DNA from: an uncultured Gammaproteobacteria bacterium
GTDB taxonomy: Bacteria > Pseudomonadota > Gammaproteobacteria > Steroidobacterales > Rariloculaceae
DNA: 64,000 bases
Direction: 5' to 3'
NCBI GenBank assembly: GCA_963782445.1
Contig: CAWAJM010000001.1
Location: 926,224 to 990,223, forward strand
Positions within the stretch are counted from its first letter, which is position 1. Every line of letters begins with the position of its first letter. Made by a program: the position numbers and the translations under genes. The notes beneath the pieces were generated by a model. The model had not been told where the DNA came from, did not search any database, and was given only the letters and a program-made list of their open reading frames with translations. Shown here in pieces: positions 49,342 to 59,217 of the stretch.

Positions 49342-51159
49342 TCAGTGATTATCGCGCGGCGGTCCGAACTTGCGCGCGATGTCCTGATACTTCATTGCCA
49401 TTTCGAGCACCATGCCGTCGCCCATCTGTCCGACGAGCCCGCGCTGGATTTCCTGCCATGGCGTTTGTGAAGCCGGGTAGGAGTAGCCGCCGCGCGCCTC
49501 GAGATCGGCGCGCCGGCGCGCGAGTTCCTTCTCCGAGATGAGAATATTCGCCGTACCGCGCCTGAGGTCGACGCGCACCCCGTCGCCGTTCTGCACTAGC
49601 GCGAGACCGCCGCCCGCTGCCGCTTCCGGCGAGGCGTTGAGGATCGAGGGTGACGCGGACGTGCCGGATTGCCGTCCGTCGCCGACGCAGGGCAGCGCCG
49701 TAATCCCGCGTTTGATGAGCGCCGCAGGCGGCTGCATGTTGACGACTTCGGCGCCGCCCGGATAGCCGATCGGCCCCGTGCCCCGGATGAAGAGGATGCA
49801 GTGCTCGTCGATATCCAGCGCCGGGTCCTCGATACGTGCGTGATAGTCCTCCGGCCCATCGAACACGATGGCACGTCCTTCGAACGCCTCGAGATCCCTC
49901 GGGTTGGAGAGAAAGCGCTCGCGGAACTCGTCGCTGATCACGCTCGTCTTCATGATGGCGTTATCGAAAAGGTTTCCGCTCAACACGATGAAGCCGGCGT
50001 CCCGCCGCAGCGGATCATCGAATGGGCGGATCACCTTCGTGTCCATGATCTCGCGCCCGCGACAGTTCTCGCCGAGCGTCCTGCCGTTGACCGTCTTGGC
50101 GTCTTCCGCAATGAGCTCGTGCTTCATGAGCTCGTTCACGACGACAGGCACGCCGCCCGCACGATGGTAGTCCTCGCCGAGATACTCTCCGGCGGGCTGC
50201 AGATTCACGAGCAGCGGGATCTTGCGGCCATAGGTCTGCCAGTCTTCGAGCGGCAGGTCGACGCCGACGTGGCGTGCGATCGCGGTGATATGGATCGGCG
50301 CGTTGGTCGAGCCCCCGATGGCGGAATTGACCACGATCGCGTTGCGGAAGGCATCGGGGGTCAGGATGTCGGTGGGCTTCAAGTCTTCCGCCACCATCTC
50401 GACGACGCGCTTGCCGGTGAGATAGGCCATCTGCTGGCGCTCCCGGTAAGGCGCGGGGATCGATGCGGAGCCCGGCAGCTGCATGCCGAGCACCTCGGCG
50501 AGCGAATTCATCGTCGTCGCCGTACCCATCGTGTTGCAGTAGCCCGTCGAGGGGGCGGAGCTCGCGACGAGCTCAATGAACTCAGCATAGTCGAGCTCGC
50601 CTGCGGCCATCATCTGGCGCGCCTTCCACACGATGGTGCCGGAACCGGTGCGTTCGCCGCGATGCCAGCCATTCAGCATCGGGCCGACCGAAAGCGCGAT
50701 CGCCGGAATGTTCACGGTGGCCGCCGCCATGAGACAAGCCGGCGTGGTCTTGTCGCAGCCGATGGTCAGCACCACGCCGTCGAGCGGATAACCGTAGATC
50801 AGTTCGACGAGGCCGAGATAGGCGAGGTTGCGATCGAGGCTCGCCGTCGGTCGTTTGCCGGTTTCCTGAATCGGGTGAACGGGAAATTCGATGGCGATGC
50901 CGCCGGCCTCACGGATGCCTTCACGGATCCGATCTGCGAGCACTATATGGTGACGATTGCAGGGCGAGAGATCCGAGCCGGTCTGAGCAATGCCGATGAT
51001 CGGCTTACCCGACTGCAGCTCCTCCCGGGTCAGGCCGAAATTCAAATAGCGCTCCAGGTAGAGCGCCGTCATCGACGGGTTGTCCGGGTTGTCGAACCAG
51101 GCCCGCGAGCGCAACCGGCGCGGGGCGGACGATGAACCGTCATCGCGATCGTCAGCCAT
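49342..51159 (-). CDS. IlvD/Edd-family pentonate dehydratase (Caulobacter XylD-like)
   Basis: 605 aa. Blocks [72 protein letters not shown] and C-terminal [16 protein letters not shown] closely parallel XylD as I recall it. Confidence 0.85.
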   Translation of the reverse strand: MADDRDDGSSSAPRRLRSRAWFDNPDNPSMTALYLERYLNFGLTREELQSGKPIIGIAQTGSDLSPCNRHHIVLADRIREGIREAGGIAIEFPVHPIQETGKRPTASLDRNLAYLGLVELIYGYPLDGVVLTIGCDKTTPACLMAAATVNIPAIALSVGPMLNGWHRGERTGSGTIVWKARQMMAAGELDYAEFIELVASSAPSTGYCNTMGTATTMNSLAEVLGMQLPGSASIPAPYRERQQMAYLTGKRVVEMVAEDLKPTDILTPDAFRNAIVVNSAIGGSTNAPIHITAIARHVGVDLPLEDWQTYGRKIPLLVNLQPAGEYLGEDYHRAGGVPVVVNELMKHELIAEDAKTVNGRTLGENCRGREIMDTKVIRPFDDPLRRDAGFIVLSGNLFDNAIMKTSVISDEFRERFLSNPRDLEAFEGRAIVFDGPEDYHARIEDPALDIDEHCILFIRGTGPIGYPGGAEVVNMQPPAALIKRGITALPCVGDGRQSGTSASPSILNASPEAAAGGGLALVQNGDGVRVDLRRGTANILISEKELARRRADLEARGGYSYPASQTPWQEIQRGLVGQMGDGMVLEMAMKYQDIARKFGPPRDNH

Positions 51160-51215
51160 GCTTTTGCCTTAACCTTGGCCCTGAAAGTCTTTGACAGCTT
51201 TCGCCGTCGATGTCA

Positions 51216-51230
51216 ATTTGTACTAGAAAT
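51216..51230. promoter_or_regulatory. Candidate GntR-type operator in the divergent dehydratase/dehydrogenase promoter region
   Basis: ATTTGTACTAGAAAT is palindromic at 12 of 15 positions and contains the GT-N-AC core typical of FadR-subfamily operators. A perfect TTGACA lies at 51191-51196. Confidence 0.3.
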
Positions 51231-51239
51231 GTCCACGAA

Positions 51240-52175
51240 ATGGGAGGGCGATTGGGGAAGCTGCGCATCGGCCTCGTGGGAGCCGGAAAGATTGCGCGGG
51301 ACCAGCACGTGCCGGCCATCGCAGCAAACGAAGACTTTGAGCTCGTAGGCGTCGTCGATTCTGCCGCGCGGCTCGAGAACGTCGCAAGCTTCGGCTCGCT
51401 GGAGGATCTGTTCGGCGCGGGTCCGACCGCGATCGTCGTTTGCACGCCGCCGCAGGTGCGCTACGCCGTTGCCCGCGCGGCGCTCGCCGCCGGCAAGCAC
51501 GTGCTGCTGGAAAAGCCGCCCGCGGCCACCGTCGGCGAGTTGGCGGATTTGCGCAGCAGGGCCGAGGGGCCTGGCCTCACACTGTTCACCGCGTGGCACT
51601 CGCAATTTGGCCCGGCGGTTCCCGCGGCCAAGCAGTGGATCTGCGCACATCGACCGCGTCGAATCACGGTGACATGGCGCGAGGATGTGCGCCGCTGGCA
51701 TCCCGGTCAGGCCTGGATCTGGGAGGAAGGCGGCTTCGGGGTATTCGATCCCGGCATCAACGCCTTATCGATCCTAACGGCGATTCTGCCCGGTCGCGTC
51801 TTCGTAACCGCCGCGAGTATCAACGTCCCGGAAAACCGTGCTACGCCGATTGCCGCCAGACTGAACCTCGGCACGAGCGAGGGGGCGCAGATCGGGGCGG
51901 AATTCGACTGGCGGCAAACCGGCACGCAGACCTGGGACATCGCTGTCGAAGCCCAGGATGGTGCCGGAATGCGGCTCTCGCTGGGCGGCCATCGGCTCTC
52001 GGGCAACGATGTGCCGGCCGCCGATGCACTCGAAGGCGAGTATCCGGCGATCTACCGCCGATTCGCGACGCTTGTCGCGCACGGGAGAAGCGAAGTTCAT
52101 CCCGATCCATTGCGGCTCGTCGCAGACGCGTTCCTCGTCGCGGAGCGGCGTACCGTCGCGCCGTTTGTCGAGTGA
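51240..52175 (+). CDS. Gfo/Idh/MocA-family aldose 1-dehydrogenase (L-arabinose / D-galactose 1-dehydrogenase-like)
   Basis: The Rossmann N-terminus is RIGLVGAGKIARDQHVPAI. Blocks GKHVLLEKPPAAT and FTAWHSQF resemble Pseudomonas galactose 1-dehydrogenase and Azospirillum AraA. An alternative start lies at 51210. Confidence 0.78.
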   Translation: MGGRLGKLRIGLVGAGKIARDQHVPAIAANEDFELVGVVDSAARLENVASFGSLEDLFGAGPTAIVVCTPPQVRYAVARAALAAGKHVLLEKPPAATVGELADLRSRAEGPGLTLFTAWHSQFGPAVPAAKQWICAHRPRRITVTWREDVRRWHPGQAWIWEEGGFGVFDPGINALSILTAILPGRVFVTAASINVPENRATPIAARLNLGTSEGAQIGAEFDWRQTGTQTWDIAVEAQDGAGMRLSLGGHRLSGNDVPAADALEGEYPAIYRRFATLVAHGRSEVHPDPLRLVADAFLVAERRTVAPFVE

Positions 52176-52329
52176 GTCGGACGAGGGATAAGCCGAGGGG
52201 TCGGATGCGCCTTACGTCGCTTTTGACCGGCGCGCAACAATCCCCTATTGTATGAGTAATCTAGAACGATAAGAGGCTGCGCCTGATCGACCGCCGACGC
52301 TCGACATATTGCGCAGCGGAAGGAAGAAG

Positions 52330-53499
52330 ATGGGGTCTCACAGCAAACGGACGGGCACCCTGCCTGCGGGTTTGATGCTCGCCGGGGCAGTCATCGCGAG
52401 CGTCGTCGTGGGCCATGCTGCATCGGCGGCCACGGCTGCGAAGAGCGTCTTCGGTACGCTGCGCGACGGCACAAAGATCGAATCGGTTACCCTCCGCAAC
52501 GCCGAGGGCATGACTGCGCGGATCATGACGCTCGGCGCCGCTCTCCAGTCGCTCAACGTCCCGGACCGCGACGGCCGGAGCGCCAATGTGGTGCTCGGCT
52601 ACGCCACGCCGCAGAAGTATCTCGACGTGCCGAACTATTTCGGCGCCACCGTCGGCCGTTTCGCCAACCGCATCGCGGGCGCCAGCTTCAAGCTCGACGG
52701 CAAGACCTATCACCTCGAGGCGAACGACCACGGCAACTCGCTTCACGGCGGCTTCAAGGGCTTCGATAAGCGGATCTGGACGATCCAGTCGGTGTCGTCC
52801 GGCCAGCCCGCGAGCGTCACGCTGACCTATCGGAGCCCGGACGGCTCGGGCGGCTATCCCGGCAACCTGAACGTCACGGCCGTCTATGCGCTGAGCGACG
52901 ACAATGTTCTGTCGTTGACCTACACGGCGACGACGGATGCGCCCACCATCGTCAACATCTCTAACCACAGCTTCTGGAACCTGCGCGGCGAGGCGAGCGG
53001 CCACGATGTGATGGACGAGGAGTTGACCATCGACGCGGACGCCATCACGCCGGTCGACAAAAAGCTGATCCCGACGGGCGAGATCCGCAAGGTCGACGGC
53101 ACGCCGTTCGATTTTCGCAAGGGTCGGGCCATCGGCGCACGGATCCGGGACGGTAAGGCGGAGCAGCTTCTGATCGGCAAGGGCTACGACCACAATTTCG
53201 TGCTCAATGGCCGTTCGGGCGGCGCGGCGCGCTTTGCCGCGCGTCTTGCGGATCCTCATTCCGGTCGCGTGATGGAGATCTACACGAATCAGCCTGGCGT
53301 GCAGCTCTATACCGGCAACTTCCTGGATGGGTCTGTCGCGGGCACCAGCGATCATGTCTATCGTCAGACCGACGCGGTGGTCATGGAGCCGCAGCATTTC
53401 CCGGACGCGCCCAATCAGTCGAATTTCGCGCCCGCCACGCTGCGGCCGGGCGAGACTTACACGAACAAGATCGAGTACCGGTTCTCGACGATCAAGTGA
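52330..53499 (+). CDS. galM: Aldose 1-epimerase (mutarotase), secreted
   Basis: A signal peptide is followed by NSLHGG, YDHNFVLN and EPQHFPDAPN. AGGAAGAAG precedes the ATG. Confidence 0.85.
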   Translation: MGSHSKRTGTLPAGLMLAGAVIASVVVGHAASAATAAKSVFGTLRDGTKIESVTLRNAEGMTARIMTLGAALQSLNVPDRDGRSANVVLGYATPQKYLDVPNYFGATVGRFANRIAGASFKLDGKTYHLEANDHGNSLHGGFKGFDKRIWTIQSVSSGQPASVTLTYRSPDGSGGYPGNLNVTAVYALSDDNVLSLTYTATTDAPTIVNISNHSFWNLRGEASGHDVMDEELTIDADAITPVDKKLIPTGEIRKVDGTPFDFRKGRAIGARIRDGKAEQLLIGKGYDHNFVLNGRSGGAARFAARLADPHSGRVMEIYTNQPGVQLYTGNFLDGSVAGTSDHVYRQTDAVVMEPQHFPDAPNQSNFAPATLRPGETYTNKIEYRFSTIK

Positions 53500-53559
53500 C
53501 CGTCGTCGGCCGGCGCCGGCCCGAATAGGGGCCGTGGCGAAATCCATAAGGAGGCGAGG

Positions 53560-55137
53560 GTGACGAGGCAGGCTAAACAGCGCCATGCGGCGATCCTGAC
53601 GGTTTTCGCAGCTTTTGTCTCGGGCCCCGCCCTGACTCAAACGACGCTCTCGGCAAGTGTGACTATCCATGCGGAAAAGCCGGGAGCGCAGATCAGTCCC
53701 GAGCTTTTCGGCCAGTTTTCAGAGCATCTCGGTCACGGTATCTACGGCGGTCTCTGGGTCGGCAAGGACTCGAAGATCCCCAACACGGACGGTCTCCGGA
53801 ACGATGTGATCGCCGCGCTCAAGGACCTGCGCGTGCCGGTCGTGCGCTGGCCCGGCGGCTGCTTCGCCGATGAATATCACTGGCGCGACGGCGTCGGGCC
53901 GGCGGACAAAAGGCCCGTCACCGTAAACACCAACTGGGGCGGCGTCCCGGAACCGAATTCGTTCGGCACCGACGAGTTCATGAGATTCGTCCAGATGATC
54001 GGCACGAAGGCCTATGTGAACGCCAACGTCGGCACCGGCACGCCGGCCGAGATGGCCGACTGGCTCAAATACATGACCGCCGATCAGGACACGACGCTCG
54101 TCCGCATGCGCACGGCGAACGGCCACAAGGATCCCTACAAGGTGCCCTTCTGGGCGATCGGCAACGAAACCTGGGGCTGCGGCGGCAACATGACGCCGGA
54201 GTATTACGTCGACCTGTTCCGCCGCTATTCGACCTTCCTCAAATCGCCCCCGGGCACCCGACCGCTGATCATCGCAAGCGGCGGCCACGACGATAACGGC
54301 CCGGTCTGGACCCGCACGATTCTCGAAAGTGGCGGCCCGAATGTCGGCGCCATCACGTATCACTACTACACGATCCCCTCGCGCACTCACGACTGGCAGC
54401 ACAAGGGCAATTCGACGGGGTTCCCGGAGAGCGAATGGATCTCGACCATGGTGAACGCGCTCGAGATCGGCGATCACATCGCCGATAACATCAAGGTCAT
54501 GGACGAGCTCGATCCGGACAGAAAGGTCGCTCTGTTCGTCGACGAATGGGGCACGTGGTACGACCCGGAACCGGGCCGCAACCCCGGCTTTCTCTATCAG
54601 CAGAACACGGTGCGCGATGCGGTGGTGGCCGCGACCGAGCTCCATATCTTCATGAAGCACGCAGACCGCATCCGCATGGCCAACATCGCGCAAACGATCA
54701 ATGTATTGCAGGCCATGATCCTGACAGACGGGCCGAAAATGGTTTTGACCCCGACCTACCACGTCTTTCACATGATGATTCCGTTCCAGGGAGCGACCAG
54801 CCTGCCGTCCGATGTCGATTCGCCGGCTTATGCCGATGCCGGCATGTCGGTCCCGGCGATCAGCGTAGCGGCCGCCCGGGATTCCAACGGGGAAATCGTC
54901 TATTCCTTGACCAACCGCGATCCGACACGGCCCGTGAAGGTGTCGACCGTGTTCGAGGGCGCCAACGCGAAGTCGGTGGGCGGTCTTGTGCTTACCGGCG
55001 CCGCGATGGATTCGCGCAACACTTTCGCCCATCCTGATGACGTACATCCAGTGGCGTTCAATGGGGCGAAGCTTTCCGGCGGCAAGCTGACGGTAGACTT
55101 GCCTGCGAAGTCTGTGGTGGTTCTCGAGTTAAGATAG
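53560..55137 (+). CDS. GH51 alpha-L-arabinofuranosidase, secreted
   Basis: GTG start after GGAGGCGAGG, followed by a signal peptide. Blocks VVRWPGGCFADEYHWRDGVGP, WAIGNETWGCGG (acid/base Glu) and FVDEWGTWY (nucleophile Glu) are present. Confidence 0.88.
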   Translation: MTRQAKQRHAAILTVFAAFVSGPALTQTTLSASVTIHAEKPGAQISPELFGQFSEHLGHGIYGGLWVGKDSKIPNTDGLRNDVIAALKDLRVPVVRWPGGCFADEYHWRDGVGPADKRPVTVNTNWGGVPEPNSFGTDEFMRFVQMIGTKAYVNANVGTGTPAEMADWLKYMTADQDTTLVRMRTANGHKDPYKVPFWAIGNETWGCGGNMTPEYYVDLFRRYSTFLKSPPGTRPLIIASGGHDDNGPVWTRTILESGGPNVGAITYHYYTIPSRTHDWQHKGNSTGFPESEWISTMVNALEIGDHIADNIKVMDELDPDRKVALFVDEWGTWYDPEPGRNPGFLYQQNTVRDAVVAATELHIFMKHADRIRMANIAQTINVLQAMILTDGPKMVLTPTYHVFHMMIPFQGATSLPSDVDSPAYADAGMSVPAISVAAARDSNGEIVYSLTNRDPTRPVKVSTVFEGANAKSVGGLVLTGAAMDSRNTFAHPDDVHPVAFNGAKLSGGKLTVDLPAKSVVVLELR

Positions 55138-55170
55138 CGAAGCTACCGCAAAAGGAACGCGCCGGTTCGC

Positions 55171-55572
55171 CTAACAGGGCTTGTTCAGCCCGCGTTCGGC
55201 GAGATTTCTCATATGTGCGCGCATCCAAAATGTCCACGGCGCGGCCGCCTTGGACGTGGTCACGTCGTTGATCAACGTACCGAGCCTCGAACTGGACACG
55301 GCGACTGTGTCGACAAGCTTGTGCAGGCGCATATCGGCGTCGGGCGCCCCAGAGAGTTCGATCGACTCCATGGCGCCGAGATCGTCGCCTTTCACGCTCC
55401 GCGGCTCGACTTCACGCAGGTCCGCGGATGTCGGGGCGAGGCACGACATATCGAAGAGATGACCGTTACGAACGAGAACCGGCGTTGGGCCGTCGGCCCG
55501 ATCGATCCGCCCCGCGAATATGCCCTCTCTCCAGTCTTCCGGTAGATGGCTATCAACGTCGAACAGATCCAT
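55171..55572 (-). pseudogene. In-frame internally deleted remnant of a FAH-family 2-keto-3-deoxy-pentonate dehydratase (Caulobacter XylX-like)
   Basis: MDLFDVDSHLPEDWREGIFAGRIDRADGPTPVLVRNGHLFDMSCLAPTSADL matches the XylX N-terminus. HKLVDTVAVSSSRLGTLINDVTTSKAAAPWTFWMRAHMRNLAERGL matches its C-terminus. About 270 central residues, including the catalytic FAH fold, are missing. Confidence 0.6.
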
Positions 55573-55925
55573 GGCTCGGCACTCCTGCTTGTCGCCCCTG
55601 TATCGATTACGCAAACGTCGCGGCACCGCGATTGCAGTCTCCCGAGACTCATCCGTTGCTCGCGTTGCGTTTTGCGATGTCATTACTCATACTAATTCCG
55701 AGACCGTAGATGGCGAAATTCCCATAAACAAGCCGGTCTGCTGTCCCACCAGGGCGTCGACGACGCGCTCTTCGGGCAGGACGTGATATTCGTGCGCATC
55801 GACGTATTCGTGCACGTTGACCCGAGGCTGTCCAACGAACGCCGTTTCTCGACCTTCTTCCAGCCGCTGGGGAGTGAAGCGGTCGAAAAGGCGAAGTTCC
55901 CGCGAATCGTGAGAGGAAACAAATC

Positions 55926-57610
55926 ATGACGGTCGATTCCAGCAACGGTGGGGTTTTCAATCGTCGGGGCCTCCTGAAGGGTGCAGCGGTGGCAGGGATG
56001 GGTGCCATGCTGGGCGCCGGCGAAGAAGCACGGGCGTACCCATTGCAGAACGGCGAACGCGACGGCCCTCGCGGCTGCAGCACGCCGCGGTCGGCGGTCG
56101 TCAAGACTCGGTACGGCAAGGTGCGTGGCTTCGTGGCCGGCGAAGTCTTCACGTTCAAGGGCATCCCGTATGGCGACGACACGGGCGGCGAGAACCGTTG
56201 GCTGCCAGCCAAGGCGCCGAAGATGTGGGACAACGAATATCCGGCCCTCGCCTACGGCGCCAATTGTCCTCAGGACCTGCACAATTTTCGGAACATCGAG
56301 CACACGTTCCTGCAGCAGTGGGACGATGGCTTCCTCGGCGAGGACATGCTGAAACTGAATATATGGACACCGGCGCTCTCGGGAAATCGGCCCGTCATGG
56401 TCTATTTTCACGGCGGCGGATACAGCTTCGGTTCCTCTTACGAGCTTGCTGCACATGACGGCGCGCAAATGGCGCGCAACCACAACGTCGTCCAAGTTTC
56501 GGTGAACCACCGCCTCAACGTTCTGGGCTTCTTCGATCTCGCCGAGATCGGCGGATCGCCTACGAAGACTCGGTCAACGTCGGCATGACGGATCTGGTCG
56601 CGGCGCTGCACTGGGTAAAGGAGAACATTCAGAAATTCGGCGGCAACCCGGACAACATCCTGATCTACGGCCAGTCCGGCGGCGGTTCTAAGGTCACCAC
56701 CCTTTTGGGCATGGCTTCGGCCAAGGGTCTCATTCAACGTGCGATCGTTCAGTCGGGCGGCGGAGGTACTCAGCCCACCGCCGAGCAATCCCGCGACTTC
56801 GCCCGCCGACTCCACGCGGCCCTCGGCAAGCCGGATGTTGCGGCGCTTCAAAAGATGAACTGGAAAGCGCTGTACGATGCCGGCAACCGCCTTGCCATGG
56901 AGATCAACGGCCCTCTCGACTTCGATAAGATGGTCATGACTCTCAACGCAGGCCCGGCGCGAGTGGGCTGGAGTCCCACGGTGGACGGGCGTCTGATTAC
57001 CGTCGCCTCATACAGTGCGGCTGTGGCCGACGTTTCGAAAGATGTGCCCGTGATCATCGGCAACGTCAGCGAAGAAGGCATGCGCTACAGCCAGAACCCC
57101 ACGGAGGCCGAATGGCGCGATCAGCTCGCTTCGCTGATGAGTGCCGAGAAGGCTTCCGCCCTCGTCAACTCAATGAAGAAGGCGCACCCCGAAAAGGCGA
57201 TCCGCACGCTTTCCTACGGTGTCGCGGGACTTGCTCAGCGCAACAACGTGCAGCACATGGTGAAGCTGAAGTATGACCAGCACGCGGCGCCGGTCTATCA
57301 GTATCTGTTCCAGTGGCAATCGCCGCAGCTCGATGGCGTCGCGGGTGCCTGGCATACCGCCGAGCTCGCGTTCTGTTTCGACAACACGAGGCGTTGCGAA
57401 CAGGGCACCGGCGATACACCGGAGGCGCGTACGCTGGCCGCCAAAATGGCGACGGCATGGGCCAATTTTGCACGCACGGGCAATCCGAGCCAGCCGGAAC
57501 TCGAATGGACGCCGAGCGACCCGGTGCGATGCCAAACCATGGTATTCGACGATCACTGCCGAATGGAGGACGACCCCGAGGGCGCATCGCGGCGGATACT
57601 GCTTTCTTGA
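55926..57610 (+). pseudogene. Type-B carboxylesterase (Tat-signal) interrupted by a -1 frameshift near 56553-56558
   Basis: ORFs 55926-56588 and 56585-57610 are the two halves of one family. The first half carries the Tat motif RRGLLKGAAVAG, FKGIPYG and VYFHGGGY. The second half carries SVNVGMTDLVAALHWVKENIQKFGGNPDNILIYGQSGGG. The second frame stays open upstream, back to (I)AYEDSVNVG. Confidence 0.75.
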
Positions 57611-57674
57611 TGCCAGCGATAGGGCGGTCTTCCGCGATCTAGCCGAGCCGGAACGACCCGCCGCTATTCGAGCG

Positions 57675-58862
57675 CTACTCGAACAGCAGCGGCGCGAGAT
57701 CGTGAAGATAGTGCCGCCATACGCGCCAGTGATGCGCGCCTTCGGATTGGACGAAAACGTGCTTGATGCCGGCTTCGGTGAGCGCGTCCGAGAGCGCCTT
57801 GGCACCTTTCATTGCCGTATCTTGTCTGCCGCAGGCGATCCAGATGAGTTTGGTTTCCTTGTTGATCTTTTCGGGTTCGGCGGCGAGCTTCGCGATCAGC
57901 TTTGAGTCCTTGCCAGTCGCGCCTGGGCCGATGCCCGCGCTCATCACGCCGACATAGCTGAACCTGTCCAGGTTGCCTAAGCCGAAACGCGCCGCCTGTC
58001 CGCCGCCCATCGAAAAGCCGGCGATTGCCCGATGTTCCCGATCCGCGATCGTGCGGTATTTTTTGTCGATCATCGGGATGATGTCTTCGAGAATGTCGCG
58101 CTCATAGAGTGCCATATCGCCGCCGAAGGCTCCCGCATTTGCGGCTGGAATTCCGGTGTCATCGCCATTCACATGAGCACCGCCGTAGCCGAGCGGCATG
58201 ACGACGAGAAACGGCCGTATCTTCCCGCGCGCCAGAAGATTGTCGAGGATGTCATTAGCTCGGCCGTAGCGATGCCAGGATTGCTGATCGTTCGCATACC
58301 CGTGCAGGAGATAAAGCACCGGATAGCGCTTATTCGGGTGATCGTCATATCCGGGGGGCACATAGACGGTCAATTGGCGAATGACGCCGCCATTCGATTT
58401 CGACTTGTACAGGATGTTCCGGATCTCGCCATGCGGCACATCCTGCACATCATAGAAAGCAGGCTCTTTCGCGGGCACGGTAAGGAGGCTTGTTGTTGTG
58501 CTCGTTACATAGCCGATCTTTACCCGCGGATTACTCGGATCGATCAGCCGCACTCCGTCCATGACGAAGAAATAGACGTACATTTCCGGTGGGAGCGGCC
58601 CGACGGTGACGCTCCAGACGCCGTCATCGCCCTTCGTCAACGCCGTGTCGTCGCCGAAATCGCCGGACACCGTCACGGATTTGGCTTCCGGCGCTTTCAG
58701 GCGGAACGTCACACGGCCGTCCTCCGCAACGGACGGGGATTCGATGCCCGTCCCGCCCCGCATTCCAACCTCCTGAGCCCAGACAGGGTGCGCCAAAAAC
58801 GCGCCGAGACACGATGCCGTTAGCGTGGCGCACATAACGAATACCGATAGCATTCGGTTCAT
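57675..58862 (-). CDS. Secreted CE1-type esterase (feruloyl/acetylxylan esterase-like) with an N-terminal E-set/CBM48-like domain
   Basis: A signal peptide is followed by GRVTFRLKAPEAKSVTVSGDF (Ig-like domain), RYPVLYLLHG, and the nucleophile elbow GFSMGG. Confidence 0.8.
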   Translation of the reverse strand: MNRMLSVFVMCATLTASCLGAFLAHPVWAQEVGMRGGTGIESPSVAEDGRVTFRLKAPEAKSVTVSGDFGDDTALTKGDDGVWSVTVGPLPPEMYVYFFVMDGVRLIDPSNPRVKIGYVTSTTTSLLTVPAKEPAFYDVQDVPHGEIRNILYKSKSNGGVIRQLTVYVPPGYDDHPNKRYPVLYLLHGYANDQQSWHRYGRANDILDNLLARGKIRPFLVVMPLGYGGAHVNGDDTGIPAANAGAFGGDMALYERDILEDIIPMIDKKYRTIADREHRAIAGFSMGGGQAARFGLGNLDRFSYVGVMSAGIGPGATGKDSKLIAKLAAEPEKINKETKLIWIACGRQDTAMKGAKALSDALTEAGIKHVFVQSEGAHHWRVWRHYLHDLAPLLFE

Positions 58863-58974
58863 TTTCTACCTCCGGGATTCACTTTTGGCTTTTTGGTCAA
58901 ACGAAAGGCCGAATCACTCGAGGGGCCTCGCTCAATGACCGAAATCTCCCCTTTCGGTCGACGCGAACGGCAAG

Positions 58975-59217
58975 TCATTTTGTAGGAGTAATGCCTAAGA
59001 GTCCAGCCGACGGTAAGCCTCCCGGTAAGCCGCATCCCGCGACCAGTGGGTCCGTGACGCCGAGCGGGAAAGGCCGCGCGCCGTCGAGACCGAAGCTCAC
59101 GCCGCGGTCCGTACCGCGATCGAGGCCGACCCAGACCTTATCGCCGTTGCGGTTGCGAGGACCGTCCCAGATCTTGTCGATTTGCGATGCGAACGACGGC
59201 GTCGTAGGCGGGACCAT
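58975..59217 (-). pseudogene. Possible fragment of a tannase/feruloyl-esterase-family gene
   Basis: The 80-aa ORF contains QIDKIWDGPRNRNGDKVWVGLDRGT...PFPL, which resembles the conserved (K)IYxGPRNxxTGxxIYPGxxPGS...PF block of that family. The rest of the roughly 550-aa protein is absent. Confidence 0.3.
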
